From Actinomycetes bacterium (GTDB lineage: Bacteria > Actinomycetota > Actinomycetes > Propionibacteriales > Propionibacteriaceae), in assembly GCA_023437345.1 (NCBI GenBank), contig JAEZGC010000233.1, positions 1 to 38,814 on the forward strand: a stretch of 38,814 nt of DNA, read 5' to 3'. The notes below the pieces were generated by a model. That model had not been told where the DNA came from. It searched no databases and was given only the letters and a program-made list of their open reading frames with translations. Below, in pieces: positions 18,226 through 27,279 of the stretch; positions within the stretch are counted from its first letter, which is position 1, and each line of letters starts with the position of its first letter. The position numbers were made by a program, and so were the translations under genes.

Positions 18226-18299
18226 GGGCGCATAGCTCAGCTGGTTAGAGCAATTCCCTTACAAGGAATAGGCCGGGGGTTCGAGTCCCTCTGCGCCCA
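18226..18299 (+). tRNA. tRNA-Val (anticodon TAC)
   Basis: Acceptor stem GGGCGCA/TGCGCCC, D-arm TAGCTCAGCTGGTTAGAGC, anticodon arm ATTCC-CTTACAA-GGAAT, T-loop TTCGAGT; CCA not encoded. Confidence 0.96.
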
Positions 18300-18530
18300 C
18301 AACAAGCAGCTCGCCTGCCCGATGCCTTCGTCGCCGCCTGACCACAGCCCGCGGCCAGACCATGAACGCAACCTGACACCCGGGTGATCTACTGACGGTG
18401 CCAGCGGCCTGGAACGGGCCGGGGCTGCGCGGCGCGGTCCGGGACGGCGGCCGGGAGACCACCGGCGCTGCGCGGCAGGTGCGTGCGTTCACTCGGCCGC
18501 AGACCGGTGCCGGTGGGTGATGAGCGCTTG

Positions 18531-18572
18531 GGTGTGACGTTGTCCCCCGAAGTCGGTGGACAAGGTCACGCC
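18531..18572. other. Near-perfect 42-nt palindrome; terminator and/or relic IS3-family terminal repeat
   Basis: GGTGTGAC-G-TTGTCC-C-CCGA-AG-TCGG-T-GGACAA-G-GTCACGCC. Confidence 0.45.
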
Positions 18573-18661
18573 TTGTTGAAGGCGCCCTAGCAAAGGAGTA
18601 GCCGGGCCGTGGTGCCGTTAAGGATGCGCCGTTCTCGCCGGGGCCGGGTCGCCTGAGGCTC

Positions 18662-19462
18662 CTACGGCTCGCGCGCCACGGTCACTGCCAGCGCACGCCG
18701 GGCTCGTAGCACCCACGGCAGGTACAGGACCGTCCACACGATCGCGAGCAGGACGACCAGGACGGGCAGGTAGAGGTTGCCGGCGAGCACTTGGATGCCC
18801 TCCAGCGGGGAGCCGGGGGCACCGGCGTCGAGGAACCAGAAGTTCGTGTGCCACACCTGGTTGGTCAGGTAGCCGACGGTCGCGAACACCGCCACCATGA
18901 TGGCCACCCGTCCAAGGTTGCCGATGTCGGGGACAAGGTCGCCGGCGACCAGCCGCATCAGTACATAGCCGAGGATGAGGGCGTGGATGGTGAAGCTCTG
19001 CCAGGTGAAGACGTTGAGGATCGGTCGGCTGGCCCAGTCGGGGAACAGGTTGGCGCCCAAGGCAGCCCACCAGCCCATGGCGTAGAGGAACTCGCCGGTC
19101 CAACGATTGGGTCGTAGCGCATCGATGAAGATGACGATGGTGGCGATCCCGCAGACGTGTAAAGGAAGGATCTCGGGGGAGTACGTACCGGTCACGAGGT
19201 AGGCGAGCTGTCGCAGGACTTCGAGCATCAGCACCGAGTAGCCGACCACCCGTCGCAGTCGCCGCCGACGGCTGGTGCCGGCCCTGCGGTAGCTCACGAC
19301 CAGCGCAGCGATCCCGATGGCGAGCACGGCGAGCACACCGAGGTGAATCGCCGAGAAGAGCCCGAAACCGCTGCCGTCGGGCGTCGACTGATTCTGCGGG
19401 ACGAAGAAGTAGTCCCAGCTCCACGTCAGCGCGCCCACCAGGCCTCCGTCCGCTGGACGCAT
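18662..19462 (-). CDS. TIGR02206/YwaF (TP0381, TMEM164-related) integral membrane protein
   Basis: Multiple TM segments, FGLFSAIHL, LPLHVCGI, FTIH, NFWFL signatures; start uncertain. Confidence 0.8.
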   Translation of the reverse strand: MRPADGGLVGALTWSWDYFFVPQNQSTPDGSGFGLFSAIHLGVLAVLAIGIAALVVSYRRAGTSRRRRLRRVVGYSVLMLEVLRQLAYLVTGTYSPEILPLHVCGIATIVIFIDALRPNRWTGEFLYAMGWWAALGANLFPDWASRPILNVFTWQSFTIHALILGYVLMRLVAGDLVPDIGNLGRVAIMVAVFATVGYLTNQVWHTNFWFLDAGAPGSPLEGIQVLAGNLYLPVLVVLLAIVWTVLYLPWVLRARRALAVTVAREP

Positions 19463-19683
19463 GGAGGTGTTGGCACGCGCTCATTGTGCAGCGTGGACGT
19501 GGCCCCACCGCTACCACACCCAAAGGTCGATCACGCGCGGCGGGAAGGCCAGCGCGGTTCAGCTGGACCTGGAGGTGATCTACGGGGCGAACCGCAGGAC
19601 AACCGAGCGGCCCGGACGACGGTGCCGACGTCGTGAATTTCGGTGTAGCGTATATGCGGAAATCATCAATTCGAGGAGTCCGC

Positions 19684-20037
19684 ATGCCCGTGCCGCGCTA
19701 TGAAGCGAAGGCCGAGCTCTTCCGCACCCTCGGGCACCCGCTCCGGATCCGCGTGCTGGAACTGCTCTGCGAACGCGAGTACGCCGTCCACGAACTGCTG
19801 GCCACCATGGACGCCGAGGCGAGCGGGCTCTCCCAGCATCTGGCGATCTTGCGCCGCGCCGGGATCGTCCGGCAGCGCCGGGTGGGCGGCGAGGTGCGCT
19901 ACGCCCTGATGATCCCCTCGATCACGGAGCTCCTGGCGGCGGCCCGGACCACGCTCGGAGTGCTGCTCGCCGACCAGGCCCAGCTCCAGGCCGACCTGGA
20001 CGAGGAGACGGCGAGCGCGGTGAACCCCACCGCATGA
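19684..20037 (+). CDS. ArsR/SmtB-family transcriptional regulator (Rv0081-like)
   Basis: KAELFRTLGHPLRIRVLELL, LSQHLAILRRAGIV wHTH; GAGGAG RBS; TAGCGT -10 at 19646-19651. Confidence 0.92.
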   Translation: MPVPRYEAKAELFRTLGHPLRIRVLELLCEREYAVHELLATMDAEASGLSQHLAILRRAGIVRQRRVGGEVRYALMIPSITELLAAARTTLGVLLADQAQLQADLDEETASAVNPTA

Positions 20038-20540
20038 GTACCACGCGCCTGCTGCGCCTGATCGCCCGCACCGGCCGGGTGGCCGAGCCGCTCGCCGAGC
20101 CCGCCGCCGACCATTTCGAGCTACGTGAGGGCTTCGAACCCCCGCGGACGCTGCGCGGCAGCGCCCAGGTCCGCCACGTCGACGCCGGCTCCTGCAACGG
20201 CTGTGAGATCGAGGTGGGCGCAGCGTTCGGGCCGGTCTACGACGCGGAGCGGATCGGGGCCCGACTGGTCGCGTCCCCGCGGCATGCCGACGTTGTGGCC
20301 GTGACCGGCGTCGTCACCCAGAACATGGCCGAGCCGTTGGTCAACACCGTCGACGCCACTCCGAACCCCCGGGTGATCGTCTCCATCGGGGACTGCACCC
20401 GCGGCTGCGGGGAGTTCGCCGGCTCCTACGCCGTCGCCGGCTCGGTGGACGACTTCGTGCAGGTGGACGTCCACGTCCCCGGTTGCCCGCCGCGCCCGGA
20501 GGCCATCCTTGCCGCGCTGCGCGCGGTGACCGGCCGATGA
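20034..20540 (+). CDS. Ehr small Fe-S subunit (HycG/NuoB-like, Rv0082-like)
   Basis: DAGSCNGCEIE, ASPRHAD, GDC, PGCPPRP: four Cys for one [4Fe-4S] cluster. Confidence 0.9.
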   Translation: MSTTRLLRLIARTGRVAEPLAEPAADHFELREGFEPPRTLRGSAQVRHVDAGSCNGCEIEVGAAFGPVYDAERIGARLVASPRHADVVAVTGVVTQNMAEPLVNTVDATPNPRVIVSIGDCTRGCGEFAGSYAVAGSVDDFVQVDVHVPGCPPRPEAILAALRAVTGR

Positions 20541-22567
20541 GCCTGCTCGAGGTGGTCAGCCCGGTCGACGCCGGTCTGCTGGCCCAGCTGCTGCTGGCCG
20601 CGGTCGCGGTGCTCGCCGCAGTGGTGACACCGCCCCGACACCGCAACCTGGTCGCCGGGACGGCCGTGATGGTCGGCGGCGTCGCCGCCGCCGCGACCGG
20701 TGTCGCCGCGCTGCTCGGGGCGACCGGGAACGGTGTCGAGATGGCGGGTGCCCTGCCGCTTGCCGGGCCGTTCGAGCCGCTGCTGCTCGCCCCGGACCGT
20801 CTCGGTGGCCTGTTCATGGCGCTGGCCGGCGGAGTGGTGGCCCTGGCGGCGCTCTTCGGTGTCGGTTACGCCCACGGCGCGGCCGCGTCCCGCACCGGCT
20901 GGACGGCCTTCGCCGTCTTCGCGGTCGGCATGCAACTGGTCCCGGCCGCCACCGACGCCGTCAGCTTCCTGCTGATGTGGGAGCTGATGGCCGGAGGCTC
21001 CACCGTCCTGCTGCTCGCCGACCACGCCGCCCGTGCCCAGGTCCGGCAGGCGACCGTCTGGTACGCCGTGATGACCCACCTGAGCTTCCTGCTGCTGCTG
21101 GCCGGGTTCGGCGTGCTGGCTGGTTCGGCCGGTGGCACCTCCTGGGCGGCGATCACCGCCGCGCAGCTGACCGGGCCCGCCGCCACCGTCGCGTTCGTCC
21201 TGCTGATGGCGGGGTTCGCGACCAAGGCCGGACTGGTCCCGGTGCACGTCTGGCTGCCGCGCGCCCACCCGGAGGCGCCCAGCCACATGTCGGCGGCGAT
21301 GAGCGCGGCGATGGTGAAGATGGGGATCTACGGCCTGATGCTGGTCACCCTCCGGCTGGTGCCCGGCGGCCCGCGCTGGTGGTCGATCCTGCTGGTCGTC
21401 CTCGGTGCGGGCTCGGCGCTCTACGGGATCCTGCAGGCCTCGGTCCAGGCGGACCTGAAGAAGCTGCTCGCCTACTCCACCACCGAGAACGTCGGGCTGA
21501 TCAGCACCGCGCTGGGTGTCGGGCTGCTGCTGCGAGACGCCGGCCAGGGCGCGCTCGCCGGCGTCGCCCTGCTCGCGGCCCTGCTGCTCGCGGTCAGTCA
21601 CGCGGCGTTCAAGTCGCTGCTGTTCCTCGGTGCGGGCTCGGTGCTGCACGCCACCGGGGAGCGCGACCTCGACAACCTCGGCGGTCTGGCTGCCGCGATG
21701 CCGTGGACGTCGGCCAGCTTCGGGGTCGGTGCCCTCGGCGCCGCCGCGCTGCCGGTCACCTCCGGCTTCGTCGCCGAATGGGTGCTGCTCCAGGTCCTGA
21801 TCCACGTCGACCCGACGACCGACCGGCTGCTGGCCATCGTGATCCCGGCCACGATGGGGATCGTCGCCCTGACCGTCGGCCTCGGGCTGCTGACCTTCGT
21901 CAAGGCCTACGGCATCGGCTTCCTCGCCCGCCCCCGCACCCCGGCAGCGGCCGAGGCACACGAGGCCGGACCGGCGATGCGCGCCGCGATGGTGCTGGGT
22001 GCCACGCTGGTGATCGGGCTCGGACTGGTTCCCGGCCCCCTGGCGGAGGCGCTGGCCGGGCCGATCGAGGTCGGAGCAGTGGCGACCACCGGTGTCGCGG
22101 GACTCGCCCTCGGATCGATCGGGGTGTTCCTCAACCCGGTCGCGCTGACCGGCCTCGCACTGGCCGTCCTCGTCCCGCTGCTGGCCGGCAACGCGGTCCT
22201 GGCGCGCCGCCACCCCCGCCGCGACGTGGAGCTGGCCTGGGGCTGCGGCGGGGAACGGACGAGCCCCCGGATGGAGTACAACGCCACCAGCTACTCCGAA
22301 CCGCTGGTCAGGGTGTTCGGCTCCACCCTGCAGGCCAGCCAACTGGTGGACGTCGTGCAGCATGACCAGGCTCCACTGCTGGTGGAACAGACCACCTTCA
22401 CCCAGGAGACGGCGGACGTGATCGAGGATCGGGTCTACCTGCCGGCCGCCCGGTTCGCCGAGCGGGTCGGCGACCTGGCCCGAACCGTCCAGAACGGCAG
22501 CATCCACCGCTACGTCGGCTTCTCCTTCGCAGCGCTCCTGCTCGTCCTGGTGATGGTGGCACTGTGA
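20537..22567 (+). CDS. Ehr antiporter-like membrane subunit (HyfB/NuoL-like, Rv0083-like)
   Basis: FLLMWELM, KAGLVPVHVWLPRAHPEAPSHMSA, KKLLAYSTTEN, HAAFKSLLF, WGCG; highly hydrophobic. Confidence 0.9.
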   Translation: MSLLEVVSPVDAGLLAQLLLAAVAVLAAVVTPPRHRNLVAGTAVMVGGVAAAATGVAALLGATGNGVEMAGALPLAGPFEPLLLAPDRLGGLFMALAGGVVALAALFGVGYAHGAAASRTGWTAFAVFAVGMQLVPAATDAVSFLLMWELMAGGSTVLLLADHAARAQVRQATVWYAVMTHLSFLLLLAGFGVLAGSAGGTSWAAITAAQLTGPAATVAFVLLMAGFATKAGLVPVHVWLPRAHPEAPSHMSAAMSAAMVKMGIYGLMLVTLRLVPGGPRWWSILLVVLGAGSALYGILQASVQADLKKLLAYSTTENVGLISTALGVGLLLRDAGQGALAGVALLAALLLAVSHAAFKSLLFLGAGSVLHATGERDLDNLGGLAAAMPWTSASFGVGALGAAALPVTSGFVAEWVLLQVLIHVDPTTDRLLAIVIPATMGIVALTVGLGLLTFVKAYGIGFLARPRTPAAAEAHEAGPAMRAAMVLGATLVIGLGLVPGPLAEALAGPIEVGAVATTGVAGLALGSIGVFLNPVALTGLALAVLVPLLAGNAVLARRHPRRDVELAWGCGGERTSPRMEYNATSYSEPLVRVFGSTLQASQLVDVVQHDQAPLLVEQTTFTQETADVIEDRVYLPAARFAERVGDLARTVQNGSIHRYVGFSFAALLLVLVMVAL

Positions 22568-23511
22568 ACGCGGGCTCCGTGGTGGTGATCCTCGTCCAGC
22601 TGGTGTTCGCCGTGGCTGTCACCCCCATCCTGGTCGGCGTGATGCGCACCGTCCGGGCCCGGCTCGAGGGCCGGTCCGGCGGCGGCGTCGGACAGCCATG
22701 GCGCGACGTGCGCAAGCTGCTCGGGAAGGAGCCGACCAGGGCACCCGGCTCGAGCCCGGTCCTGGCCGCCGCACCCATCCTGCTGGTCGCCTCGAGCCTC
22801 GTGCTGTGCGCCCTGATCCCGCTGGTGAGCACGTTGGCGCTGGCCGGCGTCCCCGGCGACCTGTTCGTGGTTGTCTCGGTGCTGTTGATCGGTACCGTCG
22901 CGCTGGCGCTGCTGGGCCTGGAGTCAGGCACGGCCTTCGGCGGGATGGGGTCCAGCCGGCACATGGTGATCGCTGCCCTGGTCGAGCCGACCGTGCTGTT
23001 GAGCATCTACGCGCTGAGCGTCCCGGCGGGAAGCTCGGCGCTGGCGGCGATCGTCCAGGCCCGCCGCGACGATCCGGCGTCGCTGCTGAACCCGGTCAGC
23101 CTGCTGGCGATCTTCGCGCTGGTGGTCGTCGTCATCGCCGAGACCGGACGGCTGCCGGTCGACAACCCGTCCACCCACCTCGAGCTCACCATGATCCACG
23201 AGGCGATGATCCTCGAGAGCGGCGGACGCGACCTCGGCTGGCTGGAGCTCGGGTCCTGGCTGCGGCTCACAGCCTTGTTGGGGCTGGTCGCGAACCTGGC
23301 CGTGCCGTGGGGGATCGGTCAGGACGCGGCCCCGGTCACCCTGCTGGTGGGGATGGGCGCCGCTACCGTCAAGCTGCTGCTGCTGGGAGCGCTGCTGGCC
23401 GCCGTCGAGGTGTTCATCGCCAAGCTCCGGCTGTTCCGGGTTCCCGAACTGCTGTCCGGCTCCTTCGTTCTGGCGTTCCTGTCCGTGACCGCCTCCTACC
23501 TGGCGTTCTAG
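22564..23511 (+). CDS. hycD: Ehr membrane subunit (HycD/HyfC/NuoH-like)
   Basis: RARLEGRSG..QPWRDVRKLLGKE, FGGMGSSR, AETGRLPVDNP..ELTMIHEAMILE, KLRLFRVP. Confidence 0.88.
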   Translation: MNAGSVVVILVQLVFAVAVTPILVGVMRTVRARLEGRSGGGVGQPWRDVRKLLGKEPTRAPGSSPVLAAAPILLVASSLVLCALIPLVSTLALAGVPGDLFVVVSVLLIGTVALALLGLESGTAFGGMGSSRHMVIAALVEPTVLLSIYALSVPAGSSALAAIVQARRDDPASLLNPVSLLAIFALVVVVIAETGRLPVDNPSTHLELTMIHEAMILESGGRDLGWLELGSWLRLTALLGLVANLAVPWGIGQDAAPVTLLVGMGAATVKLLLLGALLAAVEVFIAKLRLFRVPELLSGSFVLAFLSVTASYLAF

Positions 23512-23520
23512 GAGGTGCCG

Positions 23521-24180
23521 ATGTCGACCGACCTCTTCCGACAACTGATCGCGATCACCACCGGTCTGGTGCTGCTCACCGCCGTGCTGCAGGTGTGGGG
23601 CCGCTCCACCGTCCGCGCGATCGGGCTGCTCGTCGTCCAGGGCGTCGCGCTGGCCGGACTGGTGCTCACCGTTGGTGTGCGGGCAGGGGAGGCCACGGCG
23701 CCCGTTGTCGCCGGGCTACTGCTGGTGGTGAAGGCGTTCGTGATGCCGTGGGCGATCCTCCGGTCGACCCGGCTGATCGGGGTCACCAGGGAGCGCTCGG
23801 CCCGGATGAACCCGGCCGTCGAGCTGATCGGTGCCGCCGCCCTGACGGTGCTCGCCTTCGCGGTGAGCGGCCCGATCCTTGGCCACCGGTCCGATCCTGC
23901 CTCCCAGGCCGTGCCGGTCGGAGTGTCGCTGATCCTCCTCGGGTTCTGGCAGTTGCTGGTCCGCGGTTCGGCGATCACCCAGTTGATCGGCTTCCTGATG
24001 ATCGACAACGGCATCGCGACGGTCTCGTTCCTCACCCTCGCCGGGCTGCCCCTGGTGGTCGAGCTCGGCGCCACCCTCGATGTCCTGCTCGTGGTGCTGA
24101 TCCTCGGGGTGCTGGTGGTGCGGATGCAGGCCGAACAGGGCCATATCGACATCTCCGAGGTGAGGGAGTTGCACGACTGA
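23521..24180 (+). CDS. Ehr membrane subunit (HyfE-like, mycobacterial HycP)
   Basis: Hydrophobic ~219 aa, QGVAL, QLIGFLMIDNGI, PLVVELG..DV; AGGAGG RBS overlapping previous stop. Confidence 0.85.
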   Translation: MSTDLFRQLIAITTGLVLLTAVLQVWGRSTVRAIGLLVVQGVALAGLVLTVGVRAGEATAPVVAGLLLVVKAFVMPWAILRSTRLIGVTRERSARMNPAVELIGAAALTVLAFAVSGPILGHRSDPASQAVPVGVSLILLGFWQLLVRGSAITQLIGFLMIDNGIATVSFLTLAGLPLVVELGATLDVLLVVLILGVLVVRMQAEQGHIDISEVRELHD

Positions 24181-25643
24181 TGGCCGCCCTGATCTGGATC
24201 CCGCTGATCCTGCCGCTGCTGCTGGCGGTGGCGAGTTTCCTGCACCGCCGCCGCACCTGGACGCTGTGGCTGCCGGTGGGCACCGCCGTGGTCCTGCTCG
24301 GCTCCGGGCTGTCCCTGGTCGGTGCGGTAGGGGCCGGCGCCGCCGTCACCACCGCCGGCGGCCTGCTGCGAGTGGACGCCCTCAGCGCGTGGATGCTCGC
24401 CGTCATCGGAGCGGTCGCGGTGGTCGCGCTGGGGGGCGGGATCCCGCACCGGCGCGACCGCAGTCGCAACATCGGTTCCTTCGCCGCCCTGCTGTGCCTC
24501 TTCCTCGCTGCGATGACCCTCGCCGTGGTCGCCGACAACCTCGGCCTGATGTGGGTGGCGATCGAGCTGACCACGATCACCACGGCCTTCCTGGTCGGGT
24601 CGCGAGGTGGCCGGGGCTCCCTTGAGGCCGCCTGGAAGTACGTGGTCCTGGGCTCGGTGGGGGTGGCGATCGCCTTTCTCGGCCTGATCCTGCTCTCGGC
24701 CGCCAGCCAGACGACCGGGGAGCCGTCGCTGTCCTGGGTCGCCCTGCTGGCCGACGCCGCCGGCCTCGACCCGACGCTCACCCGGGCCGGTGCCGCGCTG
24801 GCCGTGCTCGGCTTCGCCACCAAGGCGGGGCTGGCGCCGACCCATTCCTGGCTCCCGGACGCCCACAGTCAGGCGCCGGCGACCGTCAGCGGGCTGATGT
24901 CGGGGGTGCTGCTCTCGGTGGCGTTCTACGCGATCCTGCGGGTCCAGGCGATCACCGACGCCGCGCTCGGCCCGGGGCTGATGCGCGGCCTGCTCACCGC
25001 CGCCGGCCTGCTCTCCCTCGCCGTCACCGCCGCGCTGGTGATCACCCAGAAGGACTTCAAGCGGCTGCTCGCCTACAGCAGCATCGAGCACATGGGGCTG
25101 CTGGCGCTGGGAGCGGCGGCCGGCGGACCGTTGGCCCTGGCCGCGGTGCTGCTGCACATGCTCGGTCACGGGCTGGTGAAGTCGTCGATGTTCGTGCTGG
25201 CCGGCCGGGTCCTCGGTTACACCGGTAGCCACCACATCGCCGATGTGCGCAACCTGTTGCGCCGCCGGCCCGACCTCGGCGGGCCCTTCCTGCTCGGCGC
25301 GGCGGCGCTGCTGGGCTTCCCGCCGTTCGTCACCTTCTTCACCGAGGTCGCGATCATCGTCGCCGGGTTCCAGCGGGGGCTGGGCTGGGAGATGGTGGTG
25401 GCCTGCGTACTGCTGCTCGCGGTGTTCGCCGGCATCGCCCGTCATGCCCTGGCGATGACGGTCGGCGCCGACCCCGACCCCGAGGCGGCTCGGACCTCGC
25501 CGGCACCACCCGACCTTCCGGCCCGGTTCCGCCAGGTCCCGATCGGCGTCGCGCTGGCGGTCAGCGCCGTCCTCGGCTTCGCCGCCTGGCCGCTGGCCAC
25601 CCCGCTGGTCGACGCCGTCGCCGCGCTGGGAGGTGCCCGATGA
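24180..25643 (+). CDS. Ehr antiporter-like membrane subunit (HyfF-like, mycobacterial HycQ)
   Basis: NLGLMWVAIELTT, SLEAAWKY, KAGLAPTHSWLPDAHSQAPA, FKRLLAYSSIEHMG; TGATG coupling. Confidence 0.88.
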   Translation: MAALIWIPLILPLLLAVASFLHRRRTWTLWLPVGTAVVLLGSGLSLVGAVGAGAAVTTAGGLLRVDALSAWMLAVIGAVAVVALGGGIPHRRDRSRNIGSFAALLCLFLAAMTLAVVADNLGLMWVAIELTTITTAFLVGSRGGRGSLEAAWKYVVLGSVGVAIAFLGLILLSAASQTTGEPSLSWVALLADAAGLDPTLTRAGAALAVLGFATKAGLAPTHSWLPDAHSQAPATVSGLMSGVLLSVAFYAILRVQAITDAALGPGLMRGLLTAAGLLSLAVTAALVITQKDFKRLLAYSSIEHMGLLALGAAAGGPLALAAVLLHMLGHGLVKSSMFVLAGRVLGYTGSHHIADVRNLLRRRPDLGGPFLLGAAALLGFPPFVTFFTEVAIIVAGFQRGLGWEMVVACVLLLAVFAGIARHALAMTVGADPDPEAARTSPAPPDLPARFRQVPIGVALAVSAVLGFAAWPLATPLVDAVAALGGAR

Positions 25644-27130
25644 CTCGTCTCACTCCGCCGGAGGCCATCACCGTGACCAGGGAGCAGTTGGCCGACGCGG
25701 TCAGCGCCCAACTGGCCCGCGGGCTGCGGCTCGCCCTGGTGGCCGGCCACGAGGACGGACCTGACCGCTTCCGGATCGTCCAGGTCTTCCTCGGCACCGC
25801 CGGCGAGCGGGTGGAACTTGTCGTCGAGATCCCGCGGCCCGACGCCTGGCTGCCGACCCTGGCCGGGATCTCCTACCCGGCGGGCCGGTTCGAGCGCGAG
25901 CTGCGCGACCTCTACGGCATCGTCCCGCGCGACCACCCGCAGCCCTACCGGCTGGTACGCCACGGCCACTGGCCGACTGGCTACCACCCCATGCTCTCCG
26001 ACGCCGACCCCGCTGCGGACTTCGGCTCGAACACCGGGTTCCCGTTCGCCGAGGTCACCGGCAAGGGGGTGTACGAGATCCCGGTCGGGCCGGTCCACGC
26101 CGGCCTCATCGAGCCGGGCCACTTCCGGTTCTCCGTGGTCGGGGAGACCATCGTGCGGATGTACCAGCGGCTCTACTTCGTCCACCGGGGGGTCGAGAAG
26201 CTGTTCGAGGGCCGCAGGGCGGTCGACGGCGTCCGGCTGGCGGAGCGGATCAGCGGCGACACCGCTGTCGGCCACAGCCTGGCCTACGCGATGGCCGTCG
26301 AGGACGCCCTCGGGCTCCCGGTCGCCGAGCGGGACCGGCTGGTGCGGGCGCTCCTGCTCGAGCTGGAGCGGCTCTACAACCACGTCAACGACCTGGGTGC
26401 GATAGTCAACGACACCGGATTCGGCATCGTGAACCAGCACGCCGGACGGCTTCGGGAGACCCTGCTGCGCCACAACGCCCGGCTCACCGGCCACCGGCTG
26501 CTGCGCGGCGCGATCCGGATCGGTGGCGCGGACCTGCTCGCCCCACCGGAGCCCGACCTGATCGCCGCGGTCGCCGCCGAGGTCGCCGACCTGGCGCGGA
26601 TCGCGACCGACCACCCGATGGTCGCCAACCGGCTGAACACCACAGCCGTCCTGCGGCCGGAGCGGGCGGCGGAGATCGGGGTACTCGGCTACGTCGCCCG
26701 GGCCTGTGGGCTGACGGTGGACGCGCGGGCCGACCAGCCGTTCGTCGATCTCGGCGACCGGTTCCGGGTCGTCACCGCGAACGACGGCGATGTCCGGGCA
26801 CGGTTCGACGTCCGGGTCGGTGAGGTGGAGGTGTCCGCAGCCCTGATCGCTGACCTGGCCGGGCGAATCGCCGGCCTGGACGCGGCCTCGCCGGCTCCGG
26901 CTCCCGAGGCCACCCCTGGTGCCGGGCTGGGGGTCGTCGAGGCGTGGCGGGGCACCCTCGTCCACCGCGTCGAGCTGAACGCGAGCGGGGTGCTGACCCG
27001 GGTCAAGGTGGTGGATCCGTCCTTCGCCACCTGGCCGGCGCTGGGCATCGCCCTGGCGGACACGATCGTCCCCGACTTCCCGCTGGCCAACAAGAGCTTC
27101 AACATGTCCTACGCCGGCAACGACCTCTGA
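25640..27130 (+). CDS. hycE: Ehr large subunit (HycE/NuoCD-like) lacking NiFe-binding cysteines
   Basis: FERELRDLYG (NuoC-like), GPVHAGLIEPGHFRF, HRGVEKLFEG, ERISGD, ELERLYNH, EAWRG, KVVDPSF, NKSFNMSYAGNDL. Confidence 0.9.
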   Translation: MTRLTPPEAITVTREQLADAVSAQLARGLRLALVAGHEDGPDRFRIVQVFLGTAGERVELVVEIPRPDAWLPTLAGISYPAGRFERELRDLYGIVPRDHPQPYRLVRHGHWPTGYHPMLSDADPAADFGSNTGFPFAEVTGKGVYEIPVGPVHAGLIEPGHFRFSVVGETIVRMYQRLYFVHRGVEKLFEGRRAVDGVRLAERISGDTAVGHSLAYAMAVEDALGLPVAERDRLVRALLLELERLYNHVNDLGAIVNDTGFGIVNQHAGRLRETLLRHNARLTGHRLLRGAIRIGGADLLAPPEPDLIAAVAAEVADLARIATDHPMVANRLNTTAVLRPERAAEIGVLGYVARACGLTVDARADQPFVDLGDRFRVVTANDGDVRARFDVRVGEVEVSAALIADLAGRIAGLDAASPAPAPEATPGAGLGVVEAWRGTLVHRVELNASGVLTRVKVVDPSFATWPALGIALADTIVPDFPLANKSFNMSYAGNDL

Positions 27131-27279
27131 TCCGGGCGGCCGGCCTCGGCCCGGCGGTCGGGAGGGGCAGTGAGATCGCGCCGGCCACGGACGGCCCGCC
27201 CCGCGGGTCAGTGTGCCGAACCGGAATAGTCGAAACCACAACGGGATTGCACTGGTCGTCCAGCCAAGGAGGAGACAGC

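Noticed and set aside
22698..24179. 981-aa fusion ORF (22698-25643)
   Set aside because: The N-terminal half is an off-frame read-through over hycD and hyfE; the real HyfF-like protein starts at ATG 24180
25640..27130. Annotation as a functional NiFe hydrogenase / formate hydrogenlyase
   Set aside because: Both CxxC Ni-binding motifs are absent; no hyp, maturation protease or fdh genes in the window
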